Assembly (NCBI GenBank): GCA_037441385.1
Contig: JBBISH010000004.1
Span: 64,001-128,000, forward strand
From: Myxococcales bacterium
Lineage (GTDB): Bacteria; Myxococcota_A; UBA9042
Length of the DNA: 64,000 nt
Direction of reading: 5' to 3'
This document shows positions 56,680 through 64,000 of the stretch, in pieces (positions within the stretch are counted from its first letter, which is position 1; each line of letters opens with the position of its first letter). Both the position numbers and the translations under genes were made by a program. The notes beneath the pieces are model-generated. The model worked only from the letters and a program-made list of their open reading frames with translations, was not told where the DNA came from and did not search any database.

Positions 56680-58437
56680 GTGCGCAAGCCCTTGCTGTCG
56701 CTGACTATTCTTGCTCGGAGTCTCTGCATCTTGCTGACCCTGGCGGCGCTGGGCGCGTGCAGCGTGCAAGAACCGGGGCCCGCAACCGTGGGCAACCAAG
56801 GGCAGACCGCCGTGCTCAAGCACCGGCCGCACGCCTTTGAAGGCCGCCATCCCGACGAGACCCTGAACACCTTCCCCACCTATGTGGGTCCCGTCCCGCA
56901 AGAGCGCGGCCAAGATCTGCGCCCGCCCGAGATGCCGCCGCCGGACCACAAGGCGACGGCGACTACCACCGTGCCCGCCGGTACGCTGGTGCTGTACGAC
57001 AAGACGGGCCCGTACGGCTGGTTGGGCGAACTGTACGGCATCGCGGCCGTGACGCTGGCCGGCCACTTTGGCACCGTGGCGAGCAAGCCGGTGGCCAACT
57101 ACGTGGTGGGCGATCTGGCCAAATACAAGGCGGTGATCTACGTGGGTTCTACGTACGACGAGCCGCTGCCGGTCGGGTTCTTGGACGATGTCTTGAAGAG
57201 CAGCTCGGCCACGCAGGTGCTGTGGATGTACGACAACATCTGGCAGCTGGCGAATCGCTCGACCAGTTTTGCGAGTACCTACGGCTACAACCCGTACCTG
57301 TTCGACACCGCGACGGTCACCACCGTGACCTACAAGGGCACCGATCTGGCGCGCGATCCGCTCAACGGCGGCGGCCTGATGACCTTTACCCAAGTCGACA
57401 CCACCAAGGTGACGACCCTGGCCACCGCCCGCAAAAGCACGGGCGCCACCTTGCCCTGGGCAGTGCGCAGCAAGAACCTGACGTATTTCACAGAGATTCC
57501 GTTTGCCTACATCGGCCCCAATGACCGCTACCTGGCCTTTTGCGATCTGCTCTACGAGGCCCTGGCGCCCACCACCGCGGTCCGCCATCGGGCGCTGGTG
57601 CGCTTGGAAGACGTGAGCCCGGCCGAGGACCCGGTGGCGTTCAAGGCGATCGTCGACTATTTGTACAGCGCCGGAGTGCCGTTCTCGGTCGCCCTCATCC
57701 CCACCTACACCGATCCGCTGGGCTACTACAACGGCGGCAAGGCGCAGACCCTGAAGTGGAGCGATCGTCCGCAGATGAAGGCGGCCATCACGTACGCCAC
57801 CAGCCGCGGCGGTACGCTGGTCCTGCACGGCAACACCCACCAGTTCAGCACCAAGTACAACCCGTATTCGGCCGTCAGCGCCGACGATTTCGAGTTCTTT
57901 GCCGCGCACGTCGACGCGAGCAACAACGTCGTCTACGACGGCGCGGTCGCTGGCGACTCGGCCACCTACGCGGCGGGACGCATCACGACGGGTCTGAACA
58001 CGGTGGCCACGGCCGGCTTTGCCGCGCCCACGATCTTCGAATTTCCCCACTACGCCGGCTCGCCGACCGATGCCAAGGCCATCCGCAGCAAGTTCGCCAC
58101 CGTGTACCACCGCGGGCTGTACTTCAGCGGCGGCTTGGGCCTGAATGCCGAGAATCTGGCGCACATGATCGGTCTGTACTACCCCTATACTGTCAACGAC
58201 ATCTATGGCTTCAAGGTCCTGCCAGAGAACCTGGGCAACTACGAACCAGAGGCCTACAACAACCACCCGCCGCGCCTGGCCGCCGATCTGGTGGCGACCG
58301 CCAAGAAAAACCTGGTGGTGCGCGATGGCGTGGCCAGCTTCTTCTTCCACCCCTACTACCCGCTGTCCGAGCTGAAGGCGATCGTCCAGGGCGTCAAGTC
58401 GCTGGGCTACACCTTTGTCGCGCCGTCGGCCATGTAG
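56680..58437 (+). CDS. DUF2334/NodB-like polysaccharide deacetylase lipoprotein
   Basis: GGAGG RBS before GTG 56680, lipobox LGAC, RLEDVSP, LHGNTH, FEFPHY, PENLG and SFFFHP. Confidence 0.8.
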   Translation: MRKPLLSLTILARSLCILLTLAALGACSVQEPGPATVGNQGQTAVLKHRPHAFEGRHPDETLNTFPTYVGPVPQERGQDLRPPEMPPPDHKATATTTVPAGTLVLYDKTGPYGWLGELYGIAAVTLAGHFGTVASKPVANYVVGDLAKYKAVIYVGSTYDEPLPVGFLDDVLKSSSATQVLWMYDNIWQLANRSTSFASTYGYNPYLFDTATVTTVTYKGTDLARDPLNGGGLMTFTQVDTTKVTTLATARKSTGATLPWAVRSKNLTYFTEIPFAYIGPNDRYLAFCDLLYEALAPTTAVRHRALVRLEDVSPAEDPVAFKAIVDYLYSAGVPFSVALIPTYTDPLGYYNGGKAQTLKWSDRPQMKAAITYATSRGGTLVLHGNTHQFSTKYNPYSAVSADDFEFFAAHVDASNNVVYDGAVAGDSATYAAGRITTGLNTVATAGFAAPTIFEFPHYAGSPTDAKAIRSKFATVYHRGLYFSGGLGLNAENLAHMIGLYYPYTVNDIYGFKVLPENLGNYEPEAYNNHPPRLAADLVATAKKNLVVRDGVASFFFHPYYPLSELKAIVQGVKSLGYTFVAPSAM

Positions 58438-58464
58438 CGTACCCCGCCCGCGAGCCTGCCCGCC

Positions 58465-60366
58465 ATGCCGCCTTGGGCCCCCTACCTTGTGGCCGCGCTG
58501 AACGTGCTCACTTGGAGCATTGCGGTGGCGATTTTGGCCAGCGGTGTCGACGACTTACTCATCGACTTGCTGTACTGGGCGCGGCGACTGGGTCAACGGT
58601 TGGGCTGGTTGGCGCGGCCCAAGCGCGTCACCGTGGACGAGCTGCGGGCGCTACCGCAGCGGCCGCTGGCGCTGCTGGTGCCGGCGTGGCGCGAGGCGGA
58701 GGTCATCGCCCAGATGGCGCAGAACACGTTGCGCACGCTGGAGTACGGCAACTACGTCGTGTTCATCGGCACGTACCGCAACGACGCGGCGACGACCGAC
58801 GAGGTGGCTGCGATGTGCCGCGCCGATCCGCAGCGCGTCGTGCGCGCCCATGTCGACCGCGACGGCCCGACCTGCAAGGCCGACTGCCTGAACTGGGTGT
58901 TGCGCGAGGTGGCCGAGTACGAACGGCGCACCGGGATTCAGTTTGCCGGCACGGTCATGCACGACTGCGAGGACGTGGTGCACCCGCTGGAACTGCTGTA
59001 CTGCAACTGGCAGTTGGGGCAGGCGGACCTTGTGCAACTCCCCGTGATGTCTTTGGATCTGCCCTGGCATAGCTGGGTGGGCGGCGCCTACCTGGACGAC
59101 TTCAGCGAAGTGCACCAAAAGGACTTGGCGGTGCGCCACTGGCTGACGGGCCTGGTGCCGGGGGCGGGCGTGGCCCTTTGCTACAGCCGGCGGGCGCTTG
59201 CGGCCATGTCGCAGCACCACCAGGGCCAGCCGTTCAACACGGACTCGCTGACCGAGGACTACGATTTCAGCTTCCGCTTGGCGCAGCTGCCGGGTGCGTC
59301 CGGTGCGGCGACCATGCGCCAACACTTTGCGGATCAACCGGTGCTGGGTGCGGGGGCCCGGCAGCGGCATTGGTGGCGGCGACCGGCGACCGCGACGGGG
59401 CTGCTGGCGACCTGCGAGTACTTCCCAAGCACCTTTCGCACGGCCTACCGGCAGCGGACCCGCTGGACCATCGGCATCGCGCTGCTGGGCTGGCGGCAGT
59501 TGGGCTGGCGCGGCAGTCTGGCGGCGCGCTGGATGTTCGTGCGCGATCGCAAGGGGTTGTTCACGGCGCCGATCTCGATGCTGTCGTACGCCCTGCTCGC
59601 GGCCGTGGCGCTGTTGGCGGCCCTGCAACCGCGGTGGATGCCCCAGCTGGCGCTGCTGCAGGCGCCGATCCGGCCTTTGCTGTGGTGCAATTTGGCGCTG
59701 CTTGCCAACCGCGCCGGTCAGCGCATGTACTTTGTGGCGGGGGCCAACGGCGTGGAGCAGGGCCTGGCGGCGCTGCCGCGGATGATCGTCAACAACTTCA
59801 TCAATTTCGTGGCGGTCTCGCGGGCCTGGCAGCAGTGGCTGGGCCACCTGTGGAGTGGCAAGCCGATCCTGTGGGACAAGACGCAGCACACCTTCCCCAC
59901 GCAGGATGCGCTCAGCTACCGCGAGCGGATGCTGGGCCAGGTGCTCATCGATCGCGGCATTTTGAGCGAGGACCACTTGAACGCGGCCCTGGCACATCAC
60001 CGCGCCTCGGGGACGCGCCTGAGCAAGGTGCTCATCGAGCAAGGCCATGTTACGCCCGAGGTTTTGGCGGACGCCGTGGCCGACGAGCACAAACTGCCCC
60101 GCGCGCGCCGCGACTCGCAGCCGCTGCGGCAGGTCGCTGGGCGCATGTCGCAGCTGATCGCGGCCCACCAAGTGGTGCCCGTCGATGTGGTGGGGCAGGA
60201 TACCCTGCAGGTGGCGGTGGCCGACGTTCCGGGACCTGAAGTGACGCGAAAACTGCGTGCCATCAGCGGGATGCAGGTAGCCTACGTGGTGGCGCGCGAC
60301 GACGACGTGGAGCGTTGGGTGCAAGAGCTGACCCCACTCGGCCAGCCGGACGACCTCCAGGCATGA
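58465..60366 (+). CDS. nfrB: NfrB-like GT2 glycosyltransferase with C-terminal MshEN-like domain
   Basis: SGVDDLLID, VPAWREA, GPTCKADCLN, HDCED, SLTEDYD, RQRTRW and WDKT.H.FP, then LGQVLIDRG...RLSKVLIEQG. Confidence 0.88.
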   Translation: MPPWAPYLVAALNVLTWSIAVAILASGVDDLLIDLLYWARRLGQRLGWLARPKRVTVDELRALPQRPLALLVPAWREAEVIAQMAQNTLRTLEYGNYVVFIGTYRNDAATTDEVAAMCRADPQRVVRAHVDRDGPTCKADCLNWVLREVAEYERRTGIQFAGTVMHDCEDVVHPLELLYCNWQLGQADLVQLPVMSLDLPWHSWVGGAYLDDFSEVHQKDLAVRHWLTGLVPGAGVALCYSRRALAAMSQHHQGQPFNTDSLTEDYDFSFRLAQLPGASGAATMRQHFADQPVLGAGARQRHWWRRPATATGLLATCEYFPSTFRTAYRQRTRWTIGIALLGWRQLGWRGSLAARWMFVRDRKGLFTAPISMLSYALLAAVALLAALQPRWMPQLALLQAPIRPLLWCNLALLANRAGQRMYFVAGANGVEQGLAALPRMIVNNFINFVAVSRAWQQWLGHLWSGKPILWDKTQHTFPTQDALSYRERMLGQVLIDRGILSEDHLNAALAHHRASGTRLSKVLIEQGHVTPEVLADAVADEHKLPRARRDSQPLRQVAGRMSQLIAAHQVVPVDVVGQDTLQVAVADVPGPEVTRKLRAISGMQVAYVVARDDDVERWVQELTPLGQPDDLQA

Positions 60367-61952
60367 GCCGACGCGCCATTTTGCTAGCCATAACCTTTGG
60401 TTGCCTGACCAGCGCTGCGGCGATGCCGGCCCGTGCCGACGTCGGTTCGCCCGCGGCCGCCACGCCAACCGAGGCCTCGGCCGATCCAGCCACTGCCGCC
60501 CTGCGCGCGCGTTGGCAGCGTCAAGCGACACCCGATGTGGGCCTGCAGATTTTGGCCGCGCTGGTCGCCGCCGGACAGCCCGCCCAGGCCAAGCAGTGGG
60601 CGCTGCAGCTGGAGCAGCGCTACCCGGCCCAACCGGTGGTGCGGGCAGACCTGGGGTATTTCTGGTACCAGATCGCCGACTTCAAGCGCGCCCAGGCTGC
60701 CTTTGCCGCGGCCTTGCAGGGCGACGTGTGGTCGGCCGAGCAGCGGCGCAACCTGCAACTGGCCTTGGCGACGGCCGCGGAGCAAGCGGGCGACCTGGCC
60801 ACGGCCATCGGCGCGCTGCTGCCCCTGTGCCACGACGGCGACGTGGCGCTGCTGCTGCGCGTGGGGCGGATGTACCTCAATGACCGCAACCGTCCGGCTG
60901 CACTGGCGATGGCCCGGAGGATCCAGAAGTTGGCGCGCACGCCCGAGCAGCTAACGGCGGCCGAAGAGTTCATGGTCGATGTCGTACAACCTGCCAATGA
61001 TACAGTGGGTTTCTACCATCTGAACCAGGGCTACAAGCACATTCGCCAGCACGACGACGCGGCAGCCGTCGAGGACTTTGCCCGCGCATTTGCCGTGGGG
61101 GCCGGTCGCGGCTTCCACTTTGCCGACGGTGCCTACGCGGCCAAGCGGGTGGCCAACAACCCCTTGTCGGTCAAATGGTTTCACTTTGCGCTGGATCTGG
61201 ACAGCGAGGACCATGCCTTTGACCCCCAGCAAGCCTACGGCTTTCGCCGCGAGATCGAGACGTTGGAGCGGCAATTCGGCGGCCAGATCGGCTCGCCCTT
61301 TCACGCAGGGATGCTCAACGTGTGGCAGGTGGGGCTAGAAGGCTATTGGCAGCCGCCGGTGATCGGCTTCCGCAATGGCCAAGTCCTGCAAGTCATTGCG
61401 CGGATGTACGAAAACCTGCGCAACGGCGGCTACGGCGCGATCGGCTGGCGCACGGCGCAGGCGGCGTTTGGTGTGAAGTACAAGCCGCTGTTTGACCAGA
61501 ATGTCATGATCTCGCTTGAGAAGCTGGTGGCGATGGGCGGCCAAGCCAGCGACGACTGGCTGGTTCGCCTGGGCTGGTCGGGCGGCACCAACATCGACGT
61601 GCGGGTCGCGGGCGGCAACTGGCCGTCGTGGCGGGTATTTACCGAAGCGGCCTGGTTCGTGCAGGCGTCGCGGCTGCTTGTGGCCGGCGAGGCGCGGCTT
61701 GGCTGGACCGTGGCCGCGCCCCGTTGGCCGCAGTGGACGGTGGCGCCCCATGCGCTGCTCGCGGCCGAGTACGACACGGCGGCGCAGCAACCCCGCGCCC
61801 TGGCCGCGGGTCCGGGCCTGGACCTGCGCTGGTGGTTCGATGGCGACGAATTTCACGCGCCGCGACGCTGGCTGGAGGTTCACGGCAGCTTCCGCTGGGG
61901 CGACGCCGACCGCGCTGGCGGGCCGATGCTGCGGGCGACGCTGGCCCTGTAG
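60363..61952 (+). CDS. nfrA: NfrA-like TPR plus outer-membrane beta-barrel export protein
   Basis: Signal peptide, TPR-like helices (ADLGY, DGAYAA), GFRREI, EGYWQPP.IGFRNG, GVKYKPL and LRWWF. ATGA overlap with nfrB. Confidence 0.8.
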   Translation: MSRRAILLAITFGCLTSAAAMPARADVGSPAAATPTEASADPATAALRARWQRQATPDVGLQILAALVAAGQPAQAKQWALQLEQRYPAQPVVRADLGYFWYQIADFKRAQAAFAAALQGDVWSAEQRRNLQLALATAAEQAGDLATAIGALLPLCHDGDVALLLRVGRMYLNDRNRPAALAMARRIQKLARTPEQLTAAEEFMVDVVQPANDTVGFYHLNQGYKHIRQHDDAAAVEDFARAFAVGAGRGFHFADGAYAAKRVANNPLSVKWFHFALDLDSEDHAFDPQQAYGFRREIETLERQFGGQIGSPFHAGMLNVWQVGLEGYWQPPVIGFRNGQVLQVIARMYENLRNGGYGAIGWRTAQAAFGVKYKPLFDQNVMISLEKLVAMGGQASDDWLVRLGWSGGTNIDVRVAGGNWPSWRVFTEAAWFVQASRLLVAGEARLGWTVAAPRWPQWTVAPHALLAAEYDTAAQQPRALAAGPGLDLRWWFDGDEFHAPRRWLEVHGSFRWGDADRAGGPMLRATLAL

Positions 61953-62140
61953 CCGCGTGCCGGTCTTCCGCACATTCCCTATCCAACTCAGGCACATGAC
62001 ACAAGGGCGCATCGTGTCCGGCGCATCGTGTCTGGCGGCGGACGGGCGAAGTCGCAGGCCGGCGGCCCGCTCGTACCCATAGCCCGGACCGGGACCGAAC
62101 CCCAGAACCGGAACTGGAGCCCGAGCCGGCCGTCAAGCCC

Positions 62141-64000
62141 CTACATCGGCGGAATCGCGTAGGTGCCGGGGTGCACTTCGCTGACGAATTCCAGTCCGTC
62201 CAGGATGACTTCCGAGTCAAAGATGCCGTCGCCGGTGTCGTGGACGTGGAAGGTCAGGTAGAAGTCCTCGCCCGGCTCGATGGGCCACTCGGTCTGCAGC
62301 CAGCCGGTCGACGAACCGGCCGAGGCGCTGTCGCTCGACTGCGACGCCGCGCACTCAAAACCGGTGCCCGAGATGTTGGTCTTGGCCTTGCCCTTGGGGC
62401 AGCCGTTCAGCCAGCAGCACTCGGAAAGCGCAGTGTTGATGGCAATGTAGCAGTAGCGGTCGCGCGGGTTGCAGAACTGCATGCCGGGGCTGCAGACAAA
62501 ATCGGCGTAGGTGTCCGGCGCGCGGCAGTCGGTGTAGTTGATGACGGTGGGGGTGCCGCCGTTGGTGCTGCCGGCTTCCAAGATGGCGTAGAACTTGTCG
62601 TTGAAGCTGGAGCCCACGTAGTCGTCGTACTCTTCGCTGAAGAACACATGGCGGAAGCGCAGGCCGTTGGCGCCGGCCGGGGCCTTGAGGTGCAGCCGCC
62701 ACTCCACGGCGTTGTGGACGTCGCTGCCGCCCTTGCCGCCAAAGGCAAACTTGTCGGCCATGACGCTGCCGCCGATGTCCTGGCTGTGGCTGGTGCCCGT
62801 GGCCGGCCCGGTGGCCAGCAGCGCGTAAGTGCCGCCCAGCTTTGGCTTCAGCGCGTTGCTGCTCGCGCCAAACTGGGTCACGGCGGCGTAGGTGCCGCTG
62901 GTGTTGCTGCCGGTAGGCGACGTAACCTTTTGATCCAGCAACACACTTTGATCGCAGAGGTCCAGGCCGCACGCCATCGCGGGCAAGTCGGTGCCGCCCT
63001 GAGCGCAGCTGCAGGCCCCGCCGATGGGTTTGGCCGTGGTAGCGGCGGTCTGCGTGCTGCTCTGCTGGCCGGCGGCAAAGGTCTGCTGGTACACCGCGAG
63101 CAGGTCGGCGATCTGCTGCAGATCCTTGTCGCTCCCCAGGGTCTCTTGCGCCGCCGCCACTTCGGCGCTGGCCGCCTGCAGCGTCGCCTTGGCCACCGCG
63201 CCGGTCTGGTTCTGGGTGGCCTTCAGGGCGTCGCAGAACGCCACCACCGCCGCGCCTTTGTCCAGCAAGGCGTGCTTGGCCCCCAGCAATTCGCCAAACG
63301 TGGCGCTCCAGGTGGTCGTCATCGCCTTGTGGCTGACAGGGTGTTCCCATGTGGCGACGACTTCCACCTTCTCGTTGCCGGTCAGCGCGTCCGGCGCGCA
63401 GCTCTGGATGACCTGGTGGAAAATCATCGCGTCGTTGGCAGCCAGGTGCTGCGGCTCCACTTCGTCCTTGTTGGTCGAGATCTGCTCGCCGTAGAACTGT
63501 TGCACGGCAAACGTAGGCGGCAAGGTCACTTGCACCTGCACGTTGCGGGCCGCCACTTCCAGGTGCCGCAACAGCGCGGTGGCGAACAAATCCTGGGCCT
63601 CTTGCTGGCTGTCCAGGAAAACGTAGGCGCCCTTGCCCGCGTCCGTCACCGCGTTCATTAGCTTGTCGTTGTAATTCCAGGGATCTCCTACGCCCGCGCC
63701 CATCAAGTAGATGCCGGTGCCGTCGTCTTTGCCCTGGGCGTTCTTGGCCGCGGCCGCGATCAGGTCCACGTCTTGCTGGCCCACGTTGGCGCCACCGTCG
63801 CTGATCAAGATCACGCGGTTGATGGCGGTGCCGGAAAAGTGCTGGCTCGCCAGGCTGTAAGCCGTCTGCAGACCCGTCGAGAACGGCGAGTCGCCATTGG
63901 GTTGCAGGCCCGCGCACAGGGCCGCCAGCTTGCCGTCGTCCTTGCCCGTCATGGTCTTGCCGTCGACCAGCACTTCGACGGTCTTGCCCCAGCGCACCAG
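62141..64000 (-). CDS. vWA-domain (YfbK-like) protein with C-terminal choice-of-anchor-L-like domain, 5' end outside the window
   Basis: NRVILISDGGANVG and YNDKLM..V.DAGKGAYVF, then FFSEEY.DYVGSSFNDKF and DTGDGIFDSEVILD. Confidence 0.75.
   Translation of the reverse strand: MVRWGKTVEVLVDGKTMTGKDDGKLAALCAGLQPNGDSPFSTGLQTAYSLASQHFSGTAINRVILISDGGANVGQQDVDLIAAAAKNAQGKDDGTGIYLMGAGVGDPWNYNDKLMNAVTDAGKGAYVFLDSQQEAQDLFATALLRHLEVAARNVQVQVTLPPTFAVQQFYGEQISTNKDEVEPQHLAANDAMIFHQVIQSCAPDALTGNEKVEVVATWEHPVSHKAMTTTWSATFGELLGAKHALLDKGAAVVAFCDALKATQNQTGAVAKATLQAASAEVAAAQETLGSDKDLQQIADLLAVYQQTFAAGQQSSTQTAATTAKPIGGACSCAQGGTDLPAMACGLDLCDQSVLLDQKVTSPTGSNTSGTYAAVTQFGASSNALKPKLGGTYALLATGPATGTSHSQDIGGSVMADKFAFGGKGGSDVHNAVEWRLHLKAPAGANGLRFRHVFFSEEYDDYVGSSFNDKFYAILEAGSTNGGTPTVINYTDCRAPDTYADFVCSPGMQFCNPRDRYCYIAINTALSECCWLNGCPKGKAKTNISGTGFECAASQSSDSASAGSSTGWLQTEWPIEPGEDFYLTFHVHDTGDGIFDSEVILDGLEFVSEVHPGTYAIPPM

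Noticed and set aside
62075..62135. Imperfect 6 bp repeats (CCGGAC/CCGAAC/CAGAAC/CGGAAC) between convergent genes
   Set aside because: Short, degenerate low-complexity sequence with no supportable function.

Overview
High-GC, gene-dense chromosomal window, most consistent with a Myxococcota/deltaproteobacterial genome (MYXO-CTERM-like tail, DUF2330, MopE-type and CDDGNPCT Cys-rich repeats, TonB-fused receptor). In order: truncated carbamoyltransferase plus SxtJ-like gene; a TonB/ExbBD/TonB-dependent receptor operon; an FNR-like regulator and a response regulator; a globin-coupled RsbRST stressosome operon with a PP2C phosphatase and a hybrid kinase; an esterase/helical-repeat lipoprotein/DMT operon; secreted Cys-rich proteins; two GT-C glycosyltransferases and sfsA; a DUF1016-like gene; a ~900 bp highly structured intergenic region; a 12 kb five-gene DUF4132/giant protein/MoxR(YehL)-AAA/DUF5682-vWA/SWIM operon; a MopE-repeat lipoprotein and an LtaS-like enzyme; lipid enzymes; a class V PLP enzyme; a small monoheme cytochrome c; pgm; a DUF2334-nfrB-nfrA exopolysaccharide locus; and a truncated vWA protein. 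The main unexplained signals are (i) a ~128 bp structured dispersed repeat present six times, often directly after stop codons and twice as inverted pairs around gene blocks, and (ii) a 262 bp nested-stem element bounded by a perfect 19 bp inverted repeat upstream of the YehL-type operon. No rRNA, tRNA, CRISPR array, transposase or integrase was recognised. All family calls come from motif recognition by eye, not database searches.
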